Positions 11,900 to 24,599 of a stretch of 63,970 nt of DNA are shown in pieces. Source of the stretch: Carcharhinus longimanus (Eukaryota); assembly GCA_030264375.1 (NCBI GenBank), contig JASCQW010000160.1, positions 22,812,484-22,876,453 on the forward strand, in the 5' to 3' direction. The translations under genes and the position numbers were made by a program. Under the pieces are notes generated by a model, which did no database searches, was not told the DNA's origin, and saw only the letters and a list, made by a program, of their open reading frames with translations. The stretch's first letter is position 1; the number at the start of each line of letters is the position of its first letter.

Positions 11900-13800
11900 C
11901 AGTATGGATCAGCTGAAAATAAAACTAATTAAGCAGTCTGTTCAATCTAAATGAGCAGTCAAGGTGTCAAGAAATCCAGACTTACTTATTGTCAGGTGGA
12001 TGTCGATGACCGCAATCTGGGGCAGGCTGCAAGTTTTGGTGCATGTGCACTGTGTGACAGCATGTTTGGCTACACATGCTCTGTTCTGAGTTTCTCCTCC
12101 ACAGTTAAAGGGCTCAGTTATCCTGAAAGCCGTGTGCCTGTGTGCGGAGAGATAAAGAAAACCCGCAAAAAACTGGACCATGTGACCAGGATCCAACTGC
12201 CAAACATCGAGAAGAGTCTCAGCTAGGGCAGGCAGAGAGATCCCAAAAGATAATCTCAAGCTGAGAGCAGGAAGCGGTCTTAGAAGAGGAGTTACATCAG
12301 GTGGACAGGAAGAGGGGATAGGGAAAGTCCCAAAGGGAGTTTAAGACTGTAAACTGGACGAGAGTCATGCATTAGGCCCAGTTTACAAGTGATTGGAATA
12401 AAGAAGAAAAAGGATTGCATTTTGCAAATTTTAGTAATAGGTGCTCAGCTTATGCCCCGAAGATCTAAAGAGCCAGTGAAATGTTGGGAGTGTCCTTGCT
12501 GCAAGCCGGTGAGGTGAAGGTTACCCTTTGGAACAGTAGTGTTCTGTTCGACAAGCCCAAGAGCTGAAGTTGTCTTTTTGAGTGGTGCTGGAGTGCAGAC
12601 TCGGGAATCCAAAGAAATGATGTCTTAGGAGTTGAAATTGAAACCCTGTGAGATGGATCAACTTTACAACGTGAGATCTTTGAAGGTAAAGACTGGAATT
12701 CCTCATGAGAGGGGCAGAGTTTCAGTGAGACTGACTGGAGGCCTTGTCGTGCAGTAGTAGCGTCCCTACCACTGGACCAGAATCTCTGTGTTCAAATCCA
12801 AATTGCAGGACTTTGTTGGCCACTGAAGGAGTATTCAACACAGTTCAATAGGTCAACAATCAGCATGGAAATCCTTCCACCACTTCCCCGCACTATTCCC
12901 TAAACGATAAAAAAAAGTGTATGAAGATATGCTTTAAAAAAGGTTGAGATTGGCTAACTCAGTGTTCACTGATGTATAGTTGGATTGTTGATTAATCAAT
13001 GGAATCTGTTTTGATCGACTGAGCCATTTAGTCTGTACTGCGGTGTGTTCAACTACAATTTGCCTGTTAAATTCACATGTACCTTATATTAATTCTGAAT
13101 GTTAGCGTGTGAGGAAGATGTTGTAAATTATTTTATCTTTCTGACCTTGCCTAGTAAAGTTTATTTTTATTTGTTCAAAACTCAAGGAACCTCTATTCTC
13201 TTAGCAAGTGGTTTAAATATGAAATATTGTCCACTTTAAACAGGTCACTGGTCTGTAACTGAATCAAACCCGGAACCTGGGGATCTGATCCAGGATGATA
13301 TCGAAGATCAGTGGTGTCTGGAAAGGGTAAAGGACTTGTCGGTAAGTCCAAAAAAATGATAATCCTTGGGTCCAACTGTAGGAAATTTTGGCTTATACTT
13401 GGTTTAGTAGGAAAAAGGTAATCTGATAGTATGGTGATTTTCCTATTGACGCTAATAGTGAATGTCATCACTGTTCATATAGAATCTAAACTCACATCTA
13501 CAGATGTGTTTTTTAGGTAGTACAATGAAGAAGAGGAAAGTGCAAAGATGGATTTTTGGGGAATACTAGCAAGGGCTGTGTGGATCCTAGAGGAAATGTT
13601 GCATATGGAGATCTATTGCATTGATATTGGTAGCAGCAAAACCCCACCTATGTATGCATTGACAGAAGTGAAGCCTGGGATGACATAATGACAAACTGGG
13701 ACAGTCAGTTCAGGAAATAGAACCCCCCAAAAAAACAGTACGGGGCAACACAATTCCACTAAAGACAAGAGGTGTCAGTTAGAGGTAATAAGTGTGTGAC
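11900..13800 (+). mobile_element. Possible decayed LTR plus start of internal region
   Basis: Purine-rich U3-like tract, then a T-rich tract with agtaaa (13150-13170), then purine-rich gag-like sequence. No partner LTR or intact motif was found. Confidence 0.25.
12738..12900 (+). mobile_element. tRNA-derived SINE fragment (family shared with 28844-29165)
   Basis: A-box-like gtgcagtagtagc and B-box-like gttcaaatcc; caggactt...tggcca...gaagg...aaatccttcca is shared with 28844. Confidence 0.55.
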
Positions 13801-14660
13801 TTCACCAAGAATAGGAAGCATTGCTGGATAGGGCCAGGTTTTAAATGAAACAGTCAAAAGGGCAATGAAGAAATGTAGAGGAAAACACTTGAGTCTAGTC
13901 TAAGTAGGGTCAGCTATACATTTTGATTTCATTTAGTAAGATGAGCCATGAATATATAACAGTTCTCAGCATTAAACTAACAAGTGACTTTTCAAAATAC
14001 ATTTGTAAAATCTACTTTCCATTGCTTCTGGCAGAGTAACTCCCTACTGGCATTTTATGCCTATAATTACTAATGATAGAAGGAAATGAATAACACGTGT
14101 AATTTTCATAATTTTATTTAAAATGCTAAACATTCAGAGGTTGATGGGCAAAAATGAGAATGTCAAAGCCGTGGTAATGATTTACAAACTCTTGATATTC
14201 TGTGGGCGATACTTACACATAATAAAAAGTTCCTTCCCAATTTACTGAAAAGCTGTCATACATATATTGGCATCAAAATGGGAAAGGTGTTGCTCCACTA
14301 TTCATGGCGTTTTGCAGGACAGGCAATCTGGACATATTGGAATGGTGCAGATACTTGCCTGTTAATAGAATGACTTGGGATTTGGAAAGGAATAAAAGTC
14401 TGAGCATTTGGCAGCCTGAAGTCACAACCCATAATATTCCCAGAGTGCAGTAGGGCTCAAAGATTTTTCAAGTTTTGAAAAATCTCCATGCTCCCAGCCT
14501 CCCCACACCTTTGCTACCTCCTTCTAACTATCAGGGCCAAAATTCATTACACCTGAGCAAAAATTACTTGTTTTCTCTTTGACCGCCAAAAGATGTTGCC
14601 TGCTGTTTTGCGGTAGTTTGTACAGTAGCTTTAAGGCTGTTACTGTTAATGCATTGAGTG

Positions 14661-14772
14661 GACACCTCCAGACATTGAAAGATGCCCTCATAAGAACAGG
14701 ATATGGTGCACAACTCATCGATCGACAGTTCCGATGTGCCACAGCGAAAAACTGCACCGAGACTTCTTACAG
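14661..14772 (+). mobile_element. PLE internal fragment (RT C-terminal/thumb region) fused to PLE terminus
   Basis: Translates HLQTLKDALIRTGYGAQLIDRQFRCATAKN (Penelope L...GY motif). Ends in gagacttcttac, as in the family A terminus. Perfect 11-bp flanking repeat tgcattgagtg at 14650-14660 and 14773-14783. Confidence 0.75.
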
Positions 14773-16119
14773 TGCATTGAGTGCCAGTGATTGATATAAA
14801 ACCTAAGGCAACCTGGTGTCAGCAGTCTCCACATTATTCATTATTGCTGATTAACAATCAACAATAGTACTAGCAAACAGGAGAGAACATACTGAAAACC
14901 AAATTCCACCAAGGAAATAATGCATTGGACAATATAAAGAAATCAAATTGGCACATTGAGCTTTTATTTCAGATACTTGATATCCTGTAAAAAAAAAATA
15001 GGATAAAGGTTTCTCTGAAGGCTGGTTGAAGGAATCCCAATTTAAATTTGTTTTGATAGCCTGAAACTACTTCCATGTGGGCATGAATCCCTAAGTACAA
15101 AACTGAAATTAATTAAGGACTAATCCCAATCATCAGATGGCCACCGAACGGTTGGTGTGGAAAATGGAAAATCTGATTGTGAGCATAAATAAGAGGTGCT
15201 CTTTCAAGGTGGCAAAGGAAGCATCCATGTTACTCCACAAGTGTTTGATGCTGGTACAATATAGACATGTTTCACTCCTCAACACCAGCTTAATAGGCAC
15301 AAAAAAGGAGTAAAGAAAAGAAACAAAAATATGCACACTAAGAATTTATTGCAATGGTTTATCTCTCAAAAGTTAAATTTTGAGAGTAAATTTTGCTTTT
15401 TTGGAATTCATACCAGACATGGGTTACATACACATTGCCTCTCTTTTTCGCATTCAAGAATCCCAGTAGTGTAGGCTGAAAATGGGAAGCAATCTGGCAC
15501 ACAAAAGCCATAAGCAGGCTAACTCTCTTCATCCACACCAGACATATCACATCAACCTATTGGGCGCACTTTAGCATATGTGTCACTCAAACAAAGTTTT
15601 GTAATTGGTGAAGAATTAATCCATTATACTTGAACCAAAATCTAAGTCCTATCCTGAGGACCTTAAGGAAATGCTGCCTGCACTCTGCATCCCCAAATTT
15701 TGCAAAACATTTAATTAAAAGTATACGTTTATAACCGACCATAAAATGTAAAATAATAATCATGTCACAAGTTATTAGTTTGTCAGAAACTGAATGTTAT
15801 TTGAAACTTTGGCTACTGATTTTTACAGCAATAATGTATTTATGTCAAGACCATTGGGTATTTTCTGCGATATCTGACAGTTCCAGTGAATTCAACATAG
15901 AATACAAGTGTTATGATAATAATTGGAAACAGAGGTGTTCAATGAGTATGTATAATTTATTTCTAATTATATGTTTTATTTATTTATAATTTTTGCTCTA
16001 TAGTCAGTCTCAAAGAAATAAAGGTTGAATTCATATGATATGGGTTATGACGATGCAACAGGGCAGAGAAAGCAGAGCCATCATGTGTTGGATATGTTAT
16101 ATAAAAGCAAAAAATTTGG

Positions 16120-16665
16120 ATTTATGTAGTTTTTTCATGACATCTCAAAGGGCTTCAATTAAGTACCTTTTAAAGTTTAGTTACTGTTTTAATACAGGAA
16201 ATGTTAAAGCCAATTTGCACCATCCTAAAAACAGTAAAGTGATAATAACAAGATCATCTGATTTTGTGATGTTGCTCAAGGGATAAATGTTGGTCAAGGA
16301 TAACCGCCTTGCTCTTTCTCAAAATAGTACCATGGAATCTTTAACATTCACCACAGTAGTCAGATGGTGCCTCAGTTTAATGTATCATCAGAAAGACAGC
16401 AACTTTGACAGTGCAACATTCCCTCAGTACTGTATCAAATGCTGGAAATTTACTGCTCCATTGCCACAGGAATCGGAGTGGGTGAGGGGCGGACAATGGG
16501 AAGGTCTGTTGACCTCGTGCGAGATTTTACGGTTTCAGGACAAGCAAGGCCGTAAAATCCCACCCTAAGAGTCAGCCTTGATTTTTATGCTCAGCCCTGG
16601 AATGGACTTGAACCAGAAATTATATGACTTGGAGGCAAGAGTACTACCAACTGCGTCACAGCTCA
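16120..16665 (-). mobile_element. DeuSINE (SacSINE1/AmnSINE-like), interrupted by a MITE
   Basis: Minus strand: tRNA-like head (gctgtgacgcagttggtagtactcttgcctcc...tggttcaagtcc), Deu-domain cagtactgagggaatgttgcactgtc...taaactgaggcacc...aaagattccatggtactattttgagaaagagcaagg and an L2-type tail. Confidence 0.75.
16440..16566. mobile_element. Short non-autonomous DNA-transposon (MITE) insert within the DeuSINE
   Basis: GC-richer insert with degenerate terminal inverted ends gctggaaatttac ... gtaaaatcccaccc; the SINE sequence resumes on both sides. Confidence 0.55.
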
Positions 16666-16844
16666 AACACTACTGAGTTTCAACAGTATAATAGAGTATG
16701 GAATCTAAGTAGGTAATTGCTCCAATTTTTCAATTACTCAAACTATCTGATGTCTACCTCTTAAATCCAGGTGTTCAATTTACACAGGTATTGACATCAA
16801 CTATTGATCACATTAATGGATGATGTAAAAACTATAGCAAAAAC

Positions 16845-17203
16845 GGCATGAAGACACAGTGGTCAACACGACTGCCTCAGAACACCAGGGACCTTGGGTT
16901 TGATTTTGGCCTCAGGTAATGAATGGTCTGTGCGGAGTTTGCATGTTCTCCCCATGTCTGAAGGGGTTTCCTCCAGGTGCTCCAGTTTCCTTTCACAGTC
17001 CAAAGACGTGCAGGTTAGATGGATTGGCCATGCTAAACTGCCCCTTTGTGTCCATGATGTGTAGGTTAGATAGATTAGTCATGGGAAATGTGTGGGGTTA
17101 CAGGGATAGGGCAGGGGATAAGGCCTGGTTAATATGCTCTGTCAGAGAGTTCATGCAGACCCAATGGCTGAATGGCCTGTTCTGCACTGTCGGGATTCTA
17201 TGT
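16845..17203 (+). mobile_element. HE1-type V-SINE
   Basis: Head, V-domain ggagtttgcatgttctccccatgtctg and tail aatggcctgttctgcactgtcgggattctatg. Confidence 0.85.
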
Positions 17204-17854
17204 ATTGATTGACAGACAATCAGCAATATTATCTATTATGTGCTTCTTACGATGTACCTTTACTAAGACTTTTAGCAGTTTTAGCATTAAAATTCCAGCA
17301 CAATATTTGGTCAGATTTAACACAGAGATCTTAAGTGATGTTTGAGAAAAGTGAAAGTGTGATAAAGCTCAGAAGACATTTGGATCATTTGCTTTTTGAC
17401 TGCAAGCCCATTTTCTGCACTTCTGACCCTCAGAGGCAGATTTCCATCACAAGACAAATTACAGATTATTAGTTTGTCTACTTTTCCTTTACTCACAGGA
17501 GCATTATCTGAGCCCATCAGGCACCAACTGTATCTTTCAATGTTCCACCCTACCATACAAACATGTACCACATGTTTCAAACCCCCCAGTTCCTCATTTT
17601 GAGCATGTTGTGAGTACAAAACATTAATAAAAGCAGCATTCTATTGGGAAATAACCATTAAAAGAGGAAAAGCAAAACAAATAATGGCTGGACACGCAGA
17701 ACAATTATGAGAAGTTTAATTAAATTGGTTCCATTGACTGCCAAGATTGTTACATGACCATTTTTGGTAAACGTTTTAGTCACTGCCTTTTGCACAAAAT
17801 ATTTGCTATATGATCATCATCAGCATAATTAATGCATAAAGGCTTTAATAACGA

Positions 17855-17880
17855 GTGTGTGTGTGTGTGTGTGTGTGTGT
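17855..17880. repeat. (GT)n microsatellite
   Basis: About 13 uninterrupted GT units. Confidence 0.95.
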
Positions 17881-17966
17881 ATGTTGGGGGGGAGGAGACA
17901 CGGCAGGAAGGTTATAAATCGGTTTCACACTGGCATGAATTTACAGTGGTATCTTCCACTGATGCC

Positions 17967-19249
17967 CATCATGGTTGCTCAGAAAACCCGCCAGAGGCTG
18001 ATTCCATTACAATGGGATACAGACAAAGACCTCCCCCATCCCGCCCCACACCAGATTCTCTGCATTGCCGACAGAAAGGCACATTGGCATAAAACAATTG
18101 GAACACTGTAGCATGCAGACATTGGGACTCATCTGAACAATATCTGGGGCTGGCTCCTGAGTTCAGGGTGGAGGCAGCCCACAACCCTGCACCCTTGAAC
18201 ATCACAGCAGTGAGTCAGGGGAGCATCTGCAGGTGGGTCTTCCAGATCAGGTGCCCTGGAGAGAGGTCCATCTTCCAGGCTCAGAATGTTCCTGGAGATC
18301 CATCTTCATTCTCAGGAAGTCCATCTTCTGATCTCTGAGTGTTCCAAAGATCTATCTTAATTTTCAGGAGGTCTACCTTCTTTCTGCAATAGTGGCTCAG
18401 TGATATTGGGCACATAAGAAATAGGAGCAGGAGTAGGCCATCTGGCCCTTCGAGCCTGCCCCGCNNNNNNNNNNNNNNNNNNNNNNNNNNNNNNNNNNNN
18501 NNNNNNNNNNNNNNNNNNNNNNNNNNNNNNNNNNNNNNNNNNNNNNNNNNNNNNNNNNNNNNNNCGCAGGTGCGGCGCCCAAAACTGCACACAGTACTCC
18601 AGCTGCGGCCTCACCAATGCCCTATACAGCTGCAGCAAGACACCCGGACACAAAAGCAGACCGCACACCATCCAGGCTTGCCCCACTGCTGAATACAGCA
18701 TAAAATACCCGGGTGCATAATTAATGAGGTCAACACTGGAAGATTTGGCCAGCCACCACAGCGACAAACATTCCATGTTCCTGCACCCATCACAGCACTT
18801 AGTCTCAAATGGGAGAATTCTGCCCATTGTGCATGCATTTTCCAGTAGGATGCCATCTTTTCTTCCAATGCAAGGTTACATCATTAACTTGGGCTGACTA
18901 TTCATTAACCAACCAGTATTTAAGCAACACACTCAAAACACTTATCTGAGGAGACAGATTTTGCAACACTAAAAGATAAAAGCATGACCCAATTAATTGG
19001 CCCATTGCATCTGCATTAAAACTCTAATTTAAATTATTGGCATTTTGAAGCCTGATTTTATTATTCATGGTTCTGAAGATTGTATAATGTTCTTGAAATG
19101 TGTGTTTTGTGCAACCACTTTCCCCAGAATAACCTATTAACGTAAAATTCGCAGTATTTCACTAAAAAAAAGCAGGGCGGGGGAGGTCTTTGTCTGTATC
19201 CCATTATAATGGAATCAGCCTCTGGTGGGTTTTCTGACCAACCATGATG
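17967..19249. repeat. 71-bp inverted duplication (17967-18037 / 19179-19249)
   Basis: Arms differ at 3 of 71 positions by manual alignment; both strands translate to HHG.SENPPEADSI.MGYRQRPPP in the ORF track. Confidence 0.9.
18413..18640 (-). mobile_element. Young CR1-like LINE 3' fragment (gap inside)
   Basis: VLLQLYRALVRPQLEYCVQFWAPHL is the canonical CR1 ORF2 C-terminal motif; tail cataagaaataggagcaggagtaggcc. Confidence 0.9.
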
Positions 19250-19251
19250 AG

Positions 19252-19330
19252 ACACACACACACACACACACACATACACACATCCTCTCCCCCCCACACA
19301 CACACCCTCCCTCCCACACACACACACATA
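19252..19330. repeat. Interrupted (CA)n microsatellite
   Basis: CA runs separated by C-rich spacers. Confidence 0.9.
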
Positions 19331-20654
19331 CTTTCAACTCTTAAAAAGTTAAGTTTTGGTGTCAACCAAAACCATAGGATTCGACCAACCAGTAAGGTAC
19401 CAGTTAAACATAAATCAGACAGTAGTTTTATGTCAGTTGGCTGAAGTCAGAGTTTACCAAGTGTGTGCCTCCTCTGTATTCACACTCAATGATCAACAAG
19501 AGTTTAGAATCAGCTGCAAACATAAAAGGGCCTAAATTTATTTCACTTCAGGTCTTTTAACTGCCAAGCACGGGAACAAACAACATGATTGAGAAATAAT
19601 TATTTTCAAATTTGAATTTTAATGGCCAATAGTACAAATCTTTTCATTCTCTTTTCAGTGTTGAGAATGGTAAATATTTTAAGATTTTCACGTATTCTAT
19701 GAATTGTTTTCTTGCCCCTAACAGGACCTATTTAAAATAATAATTATTCCCTGATTCCTCCATGATTTTTATTCTTGGACCGTTTCACTGGCATCACTCG
19801 AGCACTATTTCCCAACAGGTCAATCTTTATGTTTACCGACTCGGCAACCAGTTCAGTAATTTGTTCAAATATCTCCGATGTCACAGTAACACCAAAAACT
19901 GTCCTTACCTAACATCCCGGAAACATGCAATTTCAAATTGGGGTTGCAGGGCAGCAAGTAGAGTTAGAAACTCGACCTCTTTTCCCTTTCTGATGCCAGA
20001 GACTCCATATGCAATTGTAGTATTCCCCTCGTACAGCCCTGACTGGGAAGAGCAAACTCTGCACAGACCGAAGGGATTTGCTGTCCTGGACAGTTCTGTA
20101 CCACACTAATCTGGACTTCTTCCAAATAAGCCACGAGAGGCATAAACAGATATTGTACCACAAGGACTATGTCTAAGCCAATGAGTACTCTTAAAACCAT
20201 AAACTGACGTAAGGTTGCCGATATACTGCAGTTCCACAATAAAAACAACAGTCTCAAAATCAGGTTCCAAATGTCTTCAATAAAATAATGTAATTTAATA
20301 GTTTAAATTTACTCTACAAAAATGTTTTTGCATGCATAAAAACAAGTTGCACTTCAGCCAAGTCATTTGTTGAGCACGCAAAACCCGTTTATTGCCTCAT
20401 AAACTTGGCAGCTCCAACAGACGTTGTTTAATCATTTGAAAAATTACGCTAGGTGTCCTGAACAGACACTGAAAGGCAAGGACTATAGCTCAATGCAAAG
20501 TAATGCACACAAATCACTAGTACTAATAATACTTGTGTCCTTCAGTGTTTTTGAAACTATTTGTTGTAGTTTTACTTGAAGATGTTATTTTCGGCAGAAT
20601 TAACTTAATAGACAGTATTTGATAATGCTATAGTGAAAGATGCTGATCCAATAG

Positions 20655-20992
20655 CATCTTCAGCTACTTCATCAACTACCTTCCTTCGATTAAAAGGTCA
20701 GAAATGGGGATGTTTGCAAATGACTGCACAATGTTCGGTATTATTCACAATTCCTCAGATACCGAAGCAGTCTGTGTTCCATATGCAGCAAGACCTGCAT
20801 AGTATCCATGCTTGGGCTGACAAGTGACAAGTAACATTTGCACCTCACAAGTGCCAGGCAATAATTATCTCCAATAAGAGTGGATATATTGCCCCTTGAC
20901 ATTCAATGGCTGAATACTCCACTATCAACGTCCTGGGGTGGTGGTGGTGGCGGGGGAGGGGGGAGGAGTTTACCATTGACCAGAAATGGTAT
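20655..20992 (+). mobile_element. CR1-group LINE RT fragment
   Basis: atcttcagctacttcatcaactaccttccttc...aggtcagaaatggggatgtttgcaaatgactgcacaatgttc is homologous to 49346 and 55468 (FSCFINDL...MFADDC region). Confidence 0.8.
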
Positions 20993-22199
20993 TCCAACTT
21001 ACACCACCACCACTCCAAGGCTCTCATGCAGCCATTCTCTATTGCCAGGACCTGCTGTCTGAGAGAAAATGGGTTGCTAAAATCAATGTTAAAGCTGTAA
21101 GATAATCAGCTTTTCCTCAAGAAAGTTGCAAGATCTTTGAAATTAGTTTAGAGATGCAGGGGAAGGATTATGCAGATCAATATATGCGCATTTAGGAATT
21201 TGCTATATCCAATGAACAGAATGCATTCACAATACTCTCTTCTGATGCGAAGAAGTAGTGAGATCTTAAGTTGAAGTTAGGAAGGCACAGAACTGAATGG
21301 AAAGCCAATGGAACCACAACTTGTGTTGGCCTAAGTCAAGAGGACATTGGAGTCTTAACGGGGAGGCAATGGACTGCAAAGTGACAGCCAGAAAGTGGGT
21401 CGAAATTTCCATTATAAAATCATAATTGATTTGTAATGTCAAACTGTTTGCAGGATTATGTTGGGATCTGACTGACATAGCATCATGGAGCCACGGTCTA
21501 ATCTGCTACATTTGAGGCTTACCACAATACTGAAAATCACACCCCTATAAATTGCAACACTGTTGTCTAGTTGCATTGTAATAATGCTCATTTCTTAAGC
21601 AGAGGAGAGGAAAAAGAATTAGAGCCCAGTTATACTGATTCTCTGCCCTCTCTTCAGGCACACTTCCAGAAATATCGATAAGGGATTGTGGTAGATTTCT
21701 GCCTGGTAGAAATGAAAGCATTTAAATGGATGCTAAATATGTGGGAGTATGACCAAAACATCCCTCATCTTATCTTTCCAAATGTCTGCCTAGCAGAAGC
21801 CAAGTGCAACAGTGCTTATTGCAAATAGGCTTTTCAAGCAACGCCTGCTCCCCTCAGACTGGAAAATTTGAGAAGGAGCTTCCAACGATATCCTCCTGTC
21901 TCCATACAACAGGATTCATTTTCAAACTGTTCTTAAATTCAGGAAGATCTGTGGCACTTCAGATATTGTAGCTGCTGTTTCTAAGCAACAAGCAGCAGGT
22001 ACCACAATCAGTGCTGCTGTTGCCAGCCTCTCATGCTTGCAATAATGAAGCACTTTACTCCCTCGCTTGTGGTGCACTTCCCTTCCAACCTCTTCAGAAT
22101 ATCACAAACAGGTATATTCCAGTAGTTTCAGGAGTATTTTGCCCAAATTGCACTCAATTTGATAAAGAAAAAGAAAATTAAACAGATATTTCAATAAAG

Positions 22200-22555
22200 T
22201 GCACCATGATAGATACCACACTGAGATGCACAATTACCCCCTGGTGGGGAACCCAGCAGCAAGGGGTTACCAACTCAGAATTAGAAATTGCCCATTTAGG
22301 TCAGAGATGAAGGAATATTTCTTCATTCACAGTACTGTGAATGTTTGGAATTCAGTAAACCAGAGATGCTTTGTCAATGCTTAGCTGTTGAGTACATTCC
22401 AAGGTCAATAGGTTTTTGGGTACTAAGGGAATAATGGAATATGGAGGAAGTGCAAGGAAGTTGGAGTTCAAGTAAAGATCACTCAGGGTCTTCTTGAATA
22501 ATGGAGCAAGCACTAAGAACCAAATGGCCTATCCTAATCATATCACTTTAGTTTC
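22200..22555 (+). mobile_element. Old CR1-like LINE 3' end
   Basis: PLVGNPAARGYQLRIRNCPFRSEMKEYFFIHSTVNVWNS resembles the CR1 ORF2 C-terminus. Confidence 0.7.
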
Positions 22556-22839
22556 TTAAAGCTGTAACTCAATAACAGATACAAAACAAAAGAACTGTGG
22601 CTCGTTATCCCTCTCTCAATCTGTTATATTTTTCAGGAATTTAATACCGAGAAGAAAAATTTCTTAATTATATATTTGTAATTTTTAGTTCCAACATGCA
22701 TTTGATTTCTATTACATATCAACCCTAAACTTGCAGTGTACCTCAAGAGATATCGGAGGAAGGCTGTGGTGAACTGATGGAGGAGGAGGTAATCATTTAC
22801 AGTAGTACAATCCTTGGCCAGACTAAGAAGTGCAAAAAG

Positions 22840-22958
22840 AACAAAAAAAATTACAGCACAGGAACAGGTTCTTAGGTCCTCCAAGCCTGCATCAACCAAG
22901 CTGCCTGACTGAACTTCCGGGGACCATATCCTTCCATTCCCATCCATTCATGTATTTA
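22840..22958 (-). mobile_element. CR1 3' tail fragment (same family as 38965-39335)
   Basis: aattacagcacaggaacagg...ccaagcctgcatcaaccaagctgcctgact...gggaccatatcc is shared with the 38965 copy. Confidence 0.75.
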
Positions 22959-23179
22959 ATTAATGTTTGAATCAAATCCAACTTCTCTGGTAATCTATAA
23001 CACATATTGATCAGAAGTAATTGTTTTTTCTGAGTGGATGCAAAACTAAACTAAGTTCTACTTTTTCATCTTCATTTCCAGTGAATATTAAATGTAGATA
23101 GAAATAAAAGTTGATTTGGGCAAATGACAACTTGCTAACTGTGCTACCCTTGAACATACTGTATAATTTTACCCTTATG

Positions 23180-23960
23180 AAAAGGTTATTTTCCTCCTCC
23201 AGAGTGTCCTGTAGCGACTCTGAGACATCCTTGACATTATCACCTGGGAGACAACTTAGCATCCTCCACAATTAAATACCCAATAAATATTGCTTTCCCA
23301 CACTTTTCACTTCTCTGCCATGCAACAGAGCTGTTGCTGCTTTCCTTTCAGAGGCCATTTCCCCCATCAGTATTCAAAACGATATATTTATTTTTCAGGG
23401 GTATGGTCACAGGAGATTGCAGCACTGGCTACCTGGTTCTCTTGCTCGGCCTGCCTAGTGGTCACCCATTTCCTTTCTGTAGTGGATTCTTAGCCATGCG
23501 GTGTGACCACCTCTCCATATGTACTATCCACAATATGCTCTGCCTCATGGATACTCAACAGTGATCCCAGCCACTGCTCCAACTGCATAACCCAGGCTTC
23601 CAGACGATGCAGCTGGAGACACTTTCTGGCCCCAGGCACTGGAAATATTCCCAGCTTCCCACATTGAGCAAGAGGAATACACCATAGCTTTGGCCTCGCT
23701 TGCCATGATTTACCCCTTTAAATTAAACCTTTTGGAAGATTCTTAAAATCAAATAATATCAATTATTCTGGAACCTTATGTCCCTGGTCCTCATTACTAC
23801 TGAATACAGCCCTTACAAACTGTAGACCACAAAACAAAACTTTACAAATTATAAGCAATTAAAGTAATAACGACTGTGCTCACTCGATCACTTCACTTGC
23901 CCTGCATCACTTTTGAATCCTGACTTCAGGAGCTCCAAACTCGAAGCTACCGCTCAGATT
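23180..23960 (-). mobile_element. CR1-like LINE 5' region / ORF1 remnant (zinc finger plus SGNH-esterase)
   Basis: Minus strand gives VYSSCSMWE (CxxC-like) and RMLSCLPGDNVKDVSESLQDTLEEE, resembling the CR1 ORF1 esterase motif CCLPGARVKDV. Confidence 0.7.
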
Positions 23961-24119
23961 TTTCACTGCGCTCTTGCGGGCTTCTTGTGATGTCATTCTT
24001 TGTTCTTTTACAGCAAGGACTGACTCATAGATACTCTTCCCAGACTGCTTCACTACGATATTGACTGCAAGGACACTCTTCCCAGACCAATATTTAGATG
24101 GAAGATAGCCAATTTCGGC

Positions 24120-24430
24120 TGTTAAGGTCAAAGAGGTGGGTTTTAAAGAGCGTCATAAATGAGGAAAATTGGTCGGGAAGTGCTTTCCAGACTAAAGGAC
24201 ATTAACAACTGAAGGTGTGTTGCCAATGGTAATAAACCACTTCCGAAAGCTTGTGGGATTACTATCAAATAAACTGGTTGGACTCTAACCTGGTGAGTAA
24301 AATTAAAACCAGGGATGTACAACAAGTCAGTTAATGCTTTGATGATCCCCTCAAAGGAATAGTAAAGCATGACAAAAATACTCTCTGTCTCATCAGGATT
24401 GTAGTATATCAAGAGGATGAGGAAATTTTA
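24120..24430 (-). mobile_element. L2-like fragment containing a PLE terminal fragment (about 24240-24295)
   Basis: ggtcaaagaggtgggttttaaagagcgtcataaatgagg is a reverse L2 3' region. The insert ccgaaagcttgtgggattactatcaaataaactggttggactctaacctggtg is the family A terminus. Confidence 0.6.
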
Positions 24431-24599
24431 GTTATACAAAGCCATAAGAGCATAAGTAATAGGAGGAAGAGGAGGCCATCTGGTTCTTTCAGCCAGTTGT
24501 GATATGCAATAAGATCATAGTTTTCATCAATAAATCACTTTTGAAAAGAATATGCTGCATGGAATGACTTTAATAAAATTAATTAGAAATCTTGCAAAC

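Noticed and set aside
19909-20042. Minus-strand exon-like segment SGLYEGNTTIAYGVSGIRKGKEVEFLTLLAALQPQFEIACFRDV
   Set aside because: Plausible splice sites but no recognisable protein; expected by chance in 64 kb.
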